From an uncultured Bacteroidales bacterium (GTDB lineage Bacteria > Bacteroidota > Bacteroidia > Bacteroidales > FEN-979), in assembly GCA_903845055.1 (NCBI GenBank), contig CAIMWF010000044.1:27419-91418 (forward strand): DNA of 64,000 nucleotides, written 5' to 3'. The notes under the pieces are model-generated. The model was not told the DNA's origin and made no database searches. It was given only the letters and a program-made list of their open reading frames with translations. A program made the position numbers and the translations under genes. This document shows positions 32,468 to 43,000 of this stretch, piece after piece (the first letter of the stretch is position 1; each line of letters opens with the position of its first letter).

Positions 32468-33136
32468 CTATTTCTCCTTTGCCTTATTCTCAAGCATCGG
32501 GACAAACCTGAAGGTGCCATATTCCTTTCTAACAAAGGTCTTTTCGTCCTCTTTAACGACAGTGGTCATGATCTGGACATCGTTGGCCCCCAGGGGAATC
32601 ACCAGGATGCCACCCGGTTTCAATTGTTCCAGCAGGGCATCCGGTATATAGGGTGCGGCAGCGGTAACAATGATCTTGTCAAAGGGTGCATAGGTGGGCA
32701 ATCCTTTGTATCCATCGCCGAAAAAGGTTTTGATGGAATGATAACCTATGAGGGGAAGAAACTTGCTGGTTTTATCAAAGAGGGTTTTCTGCCGTTCAAT
32801 GGTGAAGACCTTCGCACCCAGTTCAGCAAGGATACAGGCCTGGAAACCCGATCCGGTTCCGATTTCAAGCACCTTGTCATTCTTTTTAACCTGCAGCAGT
32901 TCACTCTGAAATGCAACCGTGTACGGCTGTGAAATCGTCTGACCTGCCCCGATCGAAAAGGGTTTATCCTCGTAGGCATATTCAAGGAAGGAGGAATCAA
33001 AGAAAAAATGGCGTGGAACCTTTTCGATTGCAGCGAGAACAAGGGGGTCGGTGATGCCCTTTTGCATGATATTCCGGACCAGTAATTTCCGGAGTCCCTG
33101 ATGCCGGTAAGAGTCAACTGGAAGTGCGTTGGCCAT
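32468..33136 (-). CDS. pcm: Protein-L-isoaspartate O-methyltransferase
   Basis: 222 aa. GQTISQPYTVAFQSELL and VLEIGTGSGFQACILAELG. Confidence 0.93.
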   Translation of the reverse strand: MANALPVDSYRHQGLRKLLVRNIMQKGITDPLVLAAIEKVPRHFFFDSSFLEYAYEDKPFSIGAGQTISQPYTVAFQSELLQVKKNDKVLEIGTGSGFQACILAELGAKVFTIERQKTLFDKTSKFLPLIGYHSIKTFFGDGYKGLPTYAPFDKIIVTAAAPYIPDALLEQLKPGGILVIPLGANDVQIMTTVVKEDEKTFVRKEYGTFRFVPMLENKAKEK

Positions 33137-33193
33137 GGAATTTTACGTGTTAAAATTTTCACGAAAATACTAAATTCAGTCAGGGTAAAAACC

Positions 33194-33201
33194 TACCTTT
33201 G
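33194..33201 (+). promoter_or_regulatory. -7 box TACCTTTG
   Basis: Matches TAnnTTTG, 14 nt upstream of the ATG at 33216. Confidence 0.45.
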
Positions 33202-33215
33202 TAAAAAAAACTAAA

Positions 33216-34202
33216 ATGCTGAAAATCGGAGTTCTGGGTGCAGGCCACCTTGGGAAAATTCACTTGAGATGCATCAAGGATATTCCTGAATTTGATCTGG
33301 TAGGGTTTTATGATCCCGACACTGCAAATGCGGAAAAAACCGAAGCCGAATTCGGTGTAAAGAACTGGGATTCACTGGATGGATTGATTGATGCCGTTGA
33401 TGTGGTCGATATCGTCACACCGACGATTTCTCATTTTGAATGTGCAGCCAAGGCCCTTAAGAAATGCCGGCATGTGTTCATCGAAAAACCCATCGTGACG
33501 ACGCTGGATGAGGCCCGCGAACTGATTAAAATAGCGGCCGAGGCGAATGTGAAGGTACAGGTGGGACATGTTGAACGGTTCAACCCGGCCTTTCTTGCCG
33601 CCGAACCCCTTTTCGACCGGCCTATGTTTATCGAAAGCCACCGCCTGGCGCAATTCAATCCCCGCGGTACCGATGTCCCCGTGATTCTCGACCTCATGAT
33701 CCACGATATCGATATCATATTAAGCGTCGTTAAGAGCAACATCCGGAAAATCAGCGCAAGCGGCGTAGCCGTCGTCAGCGATACCCCCGATATCGCAAAT
33801 GCCCGCATCGAATTCGACAACGGGTGTGTTGCCAACATGACCGCAAGCCGGATCTCCCTGAAAAACATGCGGAAATCCCGTTTTTTCCAGCGCGATGCCT
33901 ACATTTCGATCGATTTCCTGAAAAAGGAGCTTGAAGTGGTGAGGATCACCGACGTTGAAAAGGACACCGCCCCGGTAGGTTTTGTCCTTGAACTTGGTCC
34001 GGGCCGCGGAACAAAGCAGATCAGTTTCGATAAACCCGAAATAAAACCCCTCAACGCCATCAGGGCCGAACTGGAAGGGTTTTATGCTTCAATCATCAAC
34101 AACACCGTACCTGCCGTTACCATCATCGACGGTTACAGCGCACTTGAACTGGCCTATAAAATCATCGAAAAAATAGACCAGAATTCGACCAGTCTCAGCT
34201 AA
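33216..34202 (+). CDS. Gfo/Idh/MocA-family NAD(P)-dependent oxidoreductase
   Basis: 328 aa. N-terminal Rossmann motif MLKIGVLGAGHLGKIH and an EKP motif (FIEKPIV). Confidence 0.85.
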   Translation: MLKIGVLGAGHLGKIHLRCIKDIPEFDLVGFYDPDTANAEKTEAEFGVKNWDSLDGLIDAVDVVDIVTPTISHFECAAKALKKCRHVFIEKPIVTTLDEARELIKIAAEANVKVQVGHVERFNPAFLAAEPLFDRPMFIESHRLAQFNPRGTDVPVILDLMIHDIDIILSVVKSNIRKISASGVAVVSDTPDIANARIEFDNGCVANMTASRISLKNMRKSRFFQRDAYISIDFLKKELEVVRITDVEKDTAPVGFVLELGPGRGTKQISFDKPEIKPLNAIRAELEGFYASIINNTVPAVTIIDGYSALELAYKIIEKIDQNSTSLS

Positions 34203-34310
34203 TCTTTGATTCTTTTTTTGTTCATTACTTTAATCCTGAAAAATTACAATATCGGTAAAATTCGACCGTTAGCCTTTCAGGAAATAGTGATTTTATCTTA
34301 TGTTCCATTT

Positions 34311-35198
34311 ATGACGCGGCGGAATTTCCACTTTTATCCATTTGTTTTTCTGTTTCTTCTTTTCACAGCCGTATCATGTGAGAAATTTTCCGGTGACCAA
34401 ACCGTTCCCGCGTACCTTTCAATCGACTCTATTTACCTGACTACCAACTACTATACCCAGGGTACCACCTCGCAACACATTACCGATGCCTGGGTCACCA
34501 TCGACAATGAATTCATCGGGGCATTTGAACTTCCTGCAAGGTTCCCTGTTCTTAAAACCGGGAAACACAGCATCAAAATTTTCCCTGGTATAAAAAAAGA
34601 CGGCATCGCAGCTACCAGGGTCAGCTATAACTTTTACAGTCCTGTCGAGACCATGATCAAACTGGCCCCGGACAGTTCAACAAGGATGGGAACCTTAAAG
34701 ACGACCTATACCTCCGCCGCACTGTTCCAGTGGAAAGAGGATTTCGAGGAAGTGGCGCTCACCCTGGATACCCTGGCGGGCAGTTCGGCCTATATCCAGC
34801 GCACTCCGGTTGGTTCTTCACAAACTTTTGAAGGAAATCATTCGGGGTTGGTGGTGCTCGATTCATTACACTCTTATTTTGAGTGCCAGACACACTCAGC
34901 CTATAACATACCTGTCCAACCGGTTTTCCTTGAGATGAACTTCAACACCTCCTGCCAGTTCACGGTCGGCGTGGTAACGTACGGTTCTTCCATTCTTTAC
35001 CAGACGCCGGTCATTACGCTAAACCCGACCAACGGAATTTGGAAGAAAATTTACATCGACCTTTCAACCACGCTGAATGCCTATACCGGGATGACTACTT
35101 ACCGGGTATACATGCGCGCGCTGAAGGGCACCGGTGTGAAAAACGCTGCCATTCTCTTTGATAATTTCAAACTGGTGACCCTCTCATCGGCAAAATGA
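34311..35198 (+). CDS. Hypothetical lipoprotein
   Basis: Internal start MTRRNFHFYPFVFLFLLFTAVSCEKF (signal peptide plus lipobox). The maximal ORF is 34206-35198. No family recognised. Confidence 0.6.
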   Translation: MTRRNFHFYPFVFLFLLFTAVSCEKFSGDQTVPAYLSIDSIYLTTNYYTQGTTSQHITDAWVTIDNEFIGAFELPARFPVLKTGKHSIKIFPGIKKDGIAATRVSYNFYSPVETMIKLAPDSSTRMGTLKTTYTSAALFQWKEDFEEVALTLDTLAGSSAYIQRTPVGSSQTFEGNHSGLVVLDSLHSYFECQTHSAYNIPVQPVFLEMNFNTSCQFTVGVVTYGSSILYQTPVITLNPTNGIWKKIYIDLSTTLNAYTGMTTYRVYMRALKGTGVKNAAILFDNFKLVTLSSAK

Positions 35199-35225
35199 TA
35201 TCGACTGATAACAGAATAGTCCATT

Positions 35226-36641
35226 ATGAATAAACGTTTACAGGTTTTTAAATACATCTTTGCCGATATCCTGGCGGCGTTTATTGCCTGGACTTTGTTC
35301 TTCATATACAGGAAATATGCCGTCGACCACCAGATCTTTTCACACCTGCGCGACATCCTGGGCGACCGCAACCTCTATTATGGCATCTCCATCATTCCTG
35401 TCTTCTGGCTTGTCCTTTACACCCTCATCGGCACCTATCGCAAAATATACCGCAAAGCGCGCCTCCGCGAGTTCGCGCAAACAATTTTAATTACCATTAT
35501 CGGAGTTACCATCCTGTTTTTTACCCTGATCCTCGACGACCGGATCATCAACCAGCATACCTACATCGAATTCTTCTTTGTCCTGCTGATGCTCCATCTT
35601 TTTTTTACCGGATCGTTCAGGTTTTTCCTGACCTCCAGGGCAGCCTATAAAATTCATTATAAACTGATCGGGTTCAATACCATCATCATCGGCAGCAACG
35701 GAAATGCCGTTTCCATTTACAATGAAATTGAAAACCAGGAAAAATCATCCGGGAACAAATTCGTCGGTTTTATCAACGTGGAGGGCTACAAACAATACAA
35801 GTTGGCCGAATCCATTCCGCACCTGGGCGGTCTGCAGGATCTCAACAGGCTGGTCAGGGAGTTGTCGATTGAAGAGGTAATTATTGCAATTGAGCACTCT
35901 GAAAATCATACTATTGAAAATATTATCACCCAACTCGAAGACACAGATGTGGTGATCAAAATCATACCGGCAATGCAGGACATTCTCATGGGGTCGGTTA
36001 AGACAACCTCCATCTTCCACGCGCCCCTTATCCAGATCTATCCCGACTTGATGCCCGACTGGCAAATGTCGCTTAAACGTATCCTCGATCTTGTAATCTC
36101 CATTATTTGCCTCATCCTGCTCGCGCCGGTAATGATCATAACGGCGATCATCATCAAGGTGACCTCACCCGGGCCGGTTTTCTTTTCACAGGAGCGTATC
36201 GGGATTCGGGGAAAACCTTTTACAATGCACAAATTCAGGACGATGTATAAAGATGCGGAGGATAACGGACCCCAGCTTTCGTCCAAGAACGATCCGCGGA
36301 TCACCCGTTTCGGCAGGTTCCTGAGGCAATTCCGGGTGGATGAAATTCCCCAGTTTTATACCGTTCTTAAAGGCGACATGAGCCTTGTGGGCCCGCGGCC
36401 CGAGCGCCAGTTCTACATCGACATGATCACGCAGCGTGCGCCCCATTACCGCCTCCTGCAGAAAGTAAAACCGGGGATTACCTCATGGGGCCAGGTAAAA
36501 TATGGCTATGCCGAGAATCTCGAGCAGATGGTGGAACGGCTGAAGTTCGACATCCTCTACATTGAGAATATGTCGCTCGCCATGGATTTCAAGATTTTAA
36601 TCTATACAATCCTGATCATTATTCAGGGTCGCGGAAAATAG
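35226..36641 (+). CDS. Polyprenyl-phosphate glycosyl-1-phosphate transferase (WbaP/exopolysaccharide sugar transferase family)
   Basis: 471 aa. N-terminal TM segments and a C-terminal bacterial sugar-transferase domain (KRILDLVISI...GPVFFSQERIGIRGKPFTMHKFRTM...GDMSLVGPRPE). Confidence 0.9.
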   Translation: MNKRLQVFKYIFADILAAFIAWTLFFIYRKYAVDHQIFSHLRDILGDRNLYYGISIIPVFWLVLYTLIGTYRKIYRKARLREFAQTILITIIGVTILFFTLILDDRIINQHTYIEFFFVLLMLHLFFTGSFRFFLTSRAAYKIHYKLIGFNTIIIGSNGNAVSIYNEIENQEKSSGNKFVGFINVEGYKQYKLAESIPHLGGLQDLNRLVRELSIEEVIIAIEHSENHTIENIITQLEDTDVVIKIIPAMQDILMGSVKTTSIFHAPLIQIYPDLMPDWQMSLKRILDLVISIICLILLAPVMIITAIIIKVTSPGPVFFSQERIGIRGKPFTMHKFRTMYKDAEDNGPQLSSKNDPRITRFGRFLRQFRVDEIPQFYTVLKGDMSLVGPRPERQFYIDMITQRAPHYRLLQKVKPGITSWGQVKYGYAENLEQMVERLKFDILYIENMSLAMDFKILIYTILIIIQGRGK

Positions 36642-37370
36642 AATATCCTCCACTTTTCCCATAATTTCAGTTGCTTTTCCCTGCAGGTAAATATCTGTGA
36701 GCCCGGCCGTGTAATTTGACGGGGCGGGGTTTACCTCGATGATGGCTGCCCCGTTTTCCTTTGCCATGACCGGGATCTGGCTGGCAGGCATCACCTCCCC
36801 GGTGGTGCCGATGATAAGGAATACATCCGACAGGGCAGCCGCTTCATAGGCTGCTGCAAGGGGAACCTGGGGGATCGGTTCCCCGAAAAACACAAAGTCG
36901 GGTTTCAGGATACCCCCGCACTCGCGGCAGGTGGGAGGAACATGATCAAAGCTGATCTCCGACGACTTGTACATACGCCTGCAATGGGTGCAGAGAAGCT
37001 TTTTCGTATTTCCATGGAAGTCGTATACCAGTTGCGAACCTGCCTCCTGGTGGAGGTTGTCGATATTCTGGGTGATGGTCCGGCCAAGCATTCCCTCCTG
37101 TTCCATGCGGGCAAGTACAAGGTGGGCTCTGTTGGGCCTGGCTTCCGTGAAAAAATCGTAGAAAATCTCTTTGATCACCCTCCATGAACCGGCAGGGTCC
37201 CTGTGGAAATTGCTGATGTCGAGTACGCCCGGATCATATTTGTTCCAGAGACCGCCCTCGCCGCGAAAGGGGGGGATGCCGCTTTCAACCGAGATCCCTG
37301 CTCCCGTAAACGCGGTTGTGAACCTGGATTTTTTTAGTAATCGTACTGCTTCAAGGATTTTTTGTTCCAT
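36597..37370 (-). CDS. cobB: NAD-dependent protein deacylase (Sir2/CobB family)
   Basis: 257 aa. TGAGISVESGIPPFRG, TQNIDNLH, and Zn ribbon CTHCRR...CRECGG. The 3' end overlaps the convergent sugar-transferase gene by 45 nt. Confidence 0.9.
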   Translation of the reverse strand: MEQKILEAVRLLKKSRFTTAFTGAGISVESGIPPFRGEGGLWNKYDPGVLDISNFHRDPAGSWRVIKEIFYDFFTEARPNRAHLVLARMEQEGMLGRTITQNIDNLHQEAGSQLVYDFHGNTKKLLCTHCRRMYKSSEISFDHVPPTCRECGGILKPDFVFFGEPIPQVPLAAAYEAAALSDVFLIIGTTGEVMPASQIPVMAKENGAAIIEVNPAPSNYTAGLTDIYLQGKATEIMGKVEDILFSATLNNDQDCID

Positions 37371-37426
37371 CTTGTCGGGGTTAAAATGTAAGGAATACCG
37401 GCAACGTGGTGGTCAATGGTTTGATA

Positions 37427-37520
37427 TTCTGTGTTCTCCTGGTTTCCTCTGCGGACTCCGTGTTTGAAAAATCATTCAAAACCACAGAGGCCGCAAAGGA
37501 GTGAAGGAGGCCACGGAGAA
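37427..37520. repeat. Imperfect long palindrome: pyrimidine-rich arm / TTTGAAAAATCATTCAAA core / purine-rich CACAGAG-CACGGAG arm
   Basis: Left arm ...CCTCTGCGGACTCCGTG. The right arm's reverse complement is ...CCTTTGCGGCCTCTGTGG, matching 14 of 17 in the core. Sits between the S9 peptidase stop and the cobB start. Confidence 0.75.
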
Positions 37521-37542
37521 ATTTATCGTGGGACAGCGATTA

Positions 37543-39633
37543 TTACTTAAGCCATTTATCGAGCCAGTTGTAAAAAGTCCGCTGCCATAAAATTCCATTC
37601 TGGGGCTTCAGGACCCAGTGATTTTCATCGGGAAAGTAAAGGAATTCGGCAGGTATCCCGCGGAGCTTTGCCGCATTGAATGCCTGCATCCCCTGCGTTG
37701 CCGCGATCCGGTAATCGAGTTCCCCGTGGATCACCAGGATCGGGGTATCCCATTTGTCGACGAACCGGTGGGGCGAATTTGCATAGGAGCGCTGCGCCGT
37801 TTTATTTGTTTTATCCCAGAAGGGGCCGCCGAGATCCCAGTTGACAAACCACATCTCCTCGGTTTCAAGGTACTGTGATTCGAGGTTGAACATTCCGTCG
37901 TGGGCAATAAAAGCCTTGAAACGCTTGTTGTGGTTTCCTGCAAGCCAGTAAACCGAAAAGCCGCCATAACTTGCGCCGACGCACCCGAGTTTATCTTTGT
38001 TTACATAGGGTTCTTTTGAAACGGCATCGATGGCGCTCAGGTAATCTTTCATGTTCTGCCCGCCATAATCGCCGCTGATCTCGGCATTCCAGGCCTGGCC
38101 GAAGCCCGGTAAGCCACGGCGGTTTGGAGCAACAATGATGTAACCGTTCGCCGCCATCATCTGGAAGTTCCACCGGTACGACCAGAACTGGCTGACGGTA
38201 CTCTGGGGTCCGCCTTCACAGTAAAGCAGGGTCGGGTATTTTTTGGCCGGGTCGAAATGGGGCGGATAGATGACCCACGTTTGCATATCCTTGTTGTCGG
38301 TAGTCTTGATCCACCGTTGTTCGATGCGGGCCAGGGCAAGCTTGTCAAGCACATCCTTGTTGGTGGTGGTGACCGGGGTGTCTTTTCCGGTTGCCGGGTT
38401 CACGGAGAACAATTCGGTCGGTTCCGACATCGACATCCTCGATGCGATCAGTTTGTCGCCGGCAGGGATCACACCGGTGTAATTGTGAATCCCTTCGGTG
38501 ATCTTCGCGATCCTGCCGTCGGAGACATCGAGCCTGTAAATTTCGTCGGTGGCATGAAAATCGCTGATGAAATAGATCGATTTGCTGTCGTCGGTCCATG
38601 CCATGCTCTCGGCATTCTGATCAAAATCTTTTGAAAAATCGGTTTTTGTCCTGGTGCCGAAATCATAAACGAACAGCCGGTTCTTATCCGATTCGTAACC
38701 GTCGTGTTCCATGCTCGACCATGCGATCTTTTTCCCGTCGGGTGAATAGACGGGGGCCACATCGTATCCCATCATACCTTCGGTGAGGTTGGTGGCCTGC
38801 CCGGAGGCAAGATCATAAAGATAGATGTCAGAATTGGTTGACTTTGCATATTCAAGGCCCTTCTTTTTACGGCATGTGTAGGCAATGGTCCTGCTGTCGG
38901 GGCTCCAGGTGATCTGCTCCATCCCTCCAAAGGGCATCAGCGGGGTTTCGTAAGGTTCGTTCAGCATGATATCCTTGCCCCTTGTGATCATATCCGTCGC
39001 CAGGTCGGCAACAAAAATGTGACTGGTCGACTGCACCCATGTATCCCAGTGACGATACATCAGGTCGTCCATGATCCGGCCGCTTGCCTTGGGGAGGCCG
39101 GCATAGAGATCTTTCATCACCTTTTCACACGGGACGTCGGCGGTGTAAAGTATTTTTTTCCCGTCGGGGGAATACTTGAAACCATTGATGCCGTTCTCGA
39201 TGTTGGTTACCTGTCGCCGGTTGTTCCCATCCGGATCCATCTCCCATACCTGCATGCAACCCGTTTCGGCCGACATGAAGAGCACTTTTTTCCCGTCGGG
39301 GCTCCACAACGCCTGGTATTCACTGAATTTGGTGGTGGTGATGCGTTTCAGGTTCTGCCCGTCGGTGCCGATCGTGTACAACTCCCGGTTTCCCTTGTTC
39401 TGGGCGACATCATAATAGGTTACCCCGTAAAGGATGGTTTTCTTGTCGGGCGACAAATCCGGTTCACTCAGCCTTCCGAAACTCCACAACACTTCCGGTG
39501 TCATCAGGTCACTCCTGAGATCAGGGCTCTTTTTCTCGATCAGGGGTGCTTCCGCCTGTTTGTTCTCTTTGGGTTTGCATGCGGTAAACCCGGCAAGCAC
39601 AGCCACCAGGAGAAACAATGTGATTCTTTTCAT
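37543..39633 (-). CDS. S9-family serine peptidase (prolyl oligopeptidase / acylaminoacyl-peptidase-like) lipoprotein
   Basis: 696 aa. Lipobox LAGFTAC, beta-propeller repeats (WSPDGKK, YSPDGKK), nucleophile elbow GASYGGF, and a C-terminal alpha/beta hydrolase domain. Confidence 0.9.
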   Translation of the reverse strand: MKRITLFLLVAVLAGFTACKPKENKQAEAPLIEKKSPDLRSDLMTPEVLWSFGRLSEPDLSPDKKTILYGVTYYDVAQNKGNRELYTIGTDGQNLKRITTTKFSEYQALWSPDGKKVLFMSAETGCMQVWEMDPDGNNRRQVTNIENGINGFKYSPDGKKILYTADVPCEKVMKDLYAGLPKASGRIMDDLMYRHWDTWVQSTSHIFVADLATDMITRGKDIMLNEPYETPLMPFGGMEQITWSPDSRTIAYTCRKKKGLEYAKSTNSDIYLYDLASGQATNLTEGMMGYDVAPVYSPDGKKIAWSSMEHDGYESDKNRLFVYDFGTRTKTDFSKDFDQNAESMAWTDDSKSIYFISDFHATDEIYRLDVSDGRIAKITEGIHNYTGVIPAGDKLIASRMSMSEPTELFSVNPATGKDTPVTTTNKDVLDKLALARIEQRWIKTTDNKDMQTWVIYPPHFDPAKKYPTLLYCEGGPQSTVSQFWSYRWNFQMMAANGYIIVAPNRRGLPGFGQAWNAEISGDYGGQNMKDYLSAIDAVSKEPYVNKDKLGCVGASYGGFSVYWLAGNHNKRFKAFIAHDGMFNLESQYLETEEMWFVNWDLGGPFWDKTNKTAQRSYANSPHRFVDKWDTPILVIHGELDYRIAATQGMQAFNAAKLRGIPAEFLYFPDENHWVLKPQNGILWQRTFYNWLDKWLK

Positions 39634-39654
39634 GTTTTTAGTTTTTGATTAGGT

Positions 39655-40032
39655 TTATAATAGTCTGGGCAGAAACAGGATGACCCCGACAATGACCGCG
39701 ATAGCGGCGGCCATCAAAACGGCTCCTGCTGCAACATCTTTTACGATCCCGGCCTGCTTTTCATAGCCGGGTGAAACCAGGTCGACCAGTATTTCAATAG
39801 CGGTGTTCATCGCCTCCATGGTGATGACCAACCCGATGGTGAGCAGAAGGATGCACCATTCGGTGGCGCTGAGCCGGGCGAGCGCGCCGCAGGCGACTGC
39901 GATGCAAACGGCGACAAGGTGTATCCTGAAATTCAGCTGACTGCCTGCCGTGTATTTTATCCCGTTGGCGGCATAGCCGAAACTCCGCAAACGGCCTGTG
40001 AGATGTGGTTTCAGTCCATGTATCGGCGGCAT
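39655..40032 (-). CDS. dgkA: Diacylglycerol kinase family protein
   Basis: 125 aa, three TM helices. RSFGYAANGI, NTAIE motif (MEAMNTAIE), KDVAAGAVL. The start overlaps the upstream kinase stop (TGATG). Confidence 0.85.
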   Translation of the reverse strand: MPPIHGLKPHLTGRLRSFGYAANGIKYTAGSQLNFRIHLVAVCIAVACGALARLSATEWCILLLTIGLVITMEAMNTAIEILVDLVSPGYEKQAGIVKDVAAGAVLMAAAIAVIVGVILFLPRLL

Positions 40033-43000
40033 CAGTTCTGGCTGTTTAAATGTTTCTCAAGCACCGACATCAGTTCGTGTGCTTTGATGGGTTTTGAAAT
40101 GTAATTGTCGCAACCGGCGGCAATGCTTTTTTCCCGCTCCCCCTTTAACGCGTAAGCTGTCTGGGCAATCACAGGCAGGTTCGGATGCTCCTTTTTCAGA
40201 ATCTGGGTTGTTTCATAACCGTCCATGACGGGCATGCGGATATCCATCAGGACAAGGTCAAAATCCCTCAGTTTGCAGATCGCGATCGCCTCCATGCCGT
40301 TTTTCACCCATACCAGTTTTGCCCCTGTATTTTTAAGCATCCGCTCCATCAGCAGGTAATTTGAATCTTCATCTTCGACGACCAGGATGTTCTTCCGGCT
40401 CCAGTCTTGCACCTTCATCGGAACATGCACCTGCCCGTATGGTTCGATGAACCTGGAGGTATTCTGGTATAGGGGCAGGAGAATGTAAAATGAGGTCCCT
40501 TTGCCACGTTCCGATTCAACGCGGATGGTCCCTCCCAGGAGCTGGACCAGGTTTCTTGAAATGGTGAGCCCCAGGCCGGCACCCCCGTATTTCCGGGTGG
40601 CGGTGTCGTCAACCTGCCTGAAACGCTCGAAGATGATATTGTGCATTTCCCGGGGGATCCCGATTCCGGTATCGCACACATAGAATTCAAGGTAGGGGAT
40701 GGTCCCGATGTTTTTCTGAATGTAGCCGAATTCAACATGTCCCTGGTCGGTAAATTTCAAACCATTTTCAATCAGGTTTGTCAACACCTGGCGAAGCCGG
40801 TTGCCATCGGTAAGGATCGTGAAATCGGGATCCTCGTTGCCCGGAATGCAGTTGAGAGCAACTTTTGTTTTGTTGGTTTTGCGTTTCACCTCGTTGAGGG
40901 TGACTACGAGATTCGACATCAGGGAGTTGAGCAGGCAATCTTTGATCTCGATTTTTATCTGGCCCGATTCAATCTTGGCAATATCAATGATGTCGTCGAT
41001 AATCCGCATGAGGTCGTTCCCGCGTTCCCTGATGATTTCGATGAATTCCTGCTGTTCATCCCTGGTGAGTTCAGGCTCGGACAGAAGTGATGAAAAGCCC
41101 AGGATGGCATTCATGGGGGTCCGGATCTCATGCGACATGTTGGCCAGGAAAGCCGATTTCAGCCGGTCGGAACCTTCTGCTTTGTCGCGGGCTGCTATCA
41201 GGCTCTGCTCGATGCGTTTATGTTCCGAAATGTCGCGGTATATGCAGTAGCCGCCTACAACCTGGTTGTTTATTGTTATCGGTGTGGCAAGGATGGAAAC
41301 ATCGATCAGGTGACCGTCCTTGTGATTGCGATGCGTCTCGGTCTCGGTAGTGATCCCCTTCAGGATGTCGGTTGTTATTTTTGTGGATTCGGCCCGGTTA
41401 CCAGGATCGGCGATGAGATCATCGACGGTCCGGTCAAGGACGTCGGACGGGGTGTATCCGAACAATTTCAGAAACGCCGTATTTACCCTCACGATTTTGC
41501 CAAGTTCCGTTGTCATGATGATTCCTTCGGGAGAACCTTCAAACAACTGGTCCAGGTACGCCTTTTCCTTCTGGAAGGACTCTTCCGCTCCTTTCTTGAA
41601 AATGGTCGTTGCAATGTGATCGGCGACGAAACTGAGCAGTTCGAGGTCATGCAGATCGTATTGTTCGGGATTGGTGTAACTCTGGATTGCGATAACCCCG
41701 ATTACTTTGTTGCCGACCTGGAGCGGAGCGCCCAGCCATACTTTCGACATGGTCCCCACAATTTCGATGGCCCCGGAAGCGACAAGTTTTTCTGTATCCT
41801 GTTGTGATGCAAGGAGCGGAGTTCTCGTTTTTATGACATAGGCAGTCAGTGTCTTGCCTGCCGGGAAGGCAGTAAAAGTGTCGTTTGAATCAACCTGGAA
41901 GGGCAGTGTGATGGTATCGGAACCTTCATCATACATGGCCAGGTAGAAATTTTCGACATCGATGATCATCCCGAGGCTCTTGTGAATCAACCGGAAAACC
42001 TCGTCAAGGTTGCCGGAAGTGTAGGATGCTTTTGATATTTCAAGCAACACATTCTGGATCTGTTCGGCATGTTTGTATTCCGAGATGTCAGAGATGAAAC
42101 CTTCTATAAAGGAGTTGCTGCCGTCGGGGGGATTGATGTATTTCCCTTTTTCCCACACCCATTTTATTTTCCCGTCGGCACATTTTATCCGGTACTCGAC
42201 GATAAAGGGCTTGTTGGCATGCTGGCCGATCTGCACCTCCTCCCATACACGCTCCTGGTCCTCTGCAACGATGAGATCGTTGTAGGTAATGGATTTGTTC
42301 AGGATGATGTCGGCCGGGGAATAACCTGTGAGTTCAATACAGCCGTCGCTGATGAATTCCATGGTCCAGTTGCGGTCGTTGCGGCACCGGTAAACCATCC
42401 CCGGCAGGTTGTCGAGCAGCGTCGCAAACTGTCTTTTTGATTCGGAGAGTTCGCCCGTTCTTTTTTGTTGTTCCGAAATGTCCATGAAGGTTTCCAGCAC
42501 GGCTGGCGTGCTGCCGAACATGACGGGGATCGAAATGTTCAGAATGGGAATTTCCCTTCCGCTCCTGTGGAACAGGATACCCTCTGAATCCCTGACCACG
42601 CTGCCGTTGCCGGTGAGGTTGTGAACATCGGTGCCTGTGGCGCGGATCCTCGCGGTAACCGAGGTGCCGGTCAATTCCCCTGGTTTATCATAACCCATCA
42701 GAGAAACCCCCGTTTTGTTGATCATGAGAATCTTGTCACCGCTCCCGGCAATCATCAGTCCATAAGGGATGGCATCGAAAATGGCGTGCATGCCGTCAAA
42801 TTCAAGGACCCTCCTGGTGGTATCGTCATATTTTGCAGTAATGTCGGCCAGGGTGAACTGGCAGAGGTTGCAGGTCCCGTTTTCGCCGGGGATGACATTC
42901 CCGTCCACCGCTACCGTAATGGCTTGACCGTCACGGCGGATCATTTCAAATTCAGCGTGGTGCATTTCACCGTCCCTGCACAGTTGCACAAACATGGACT

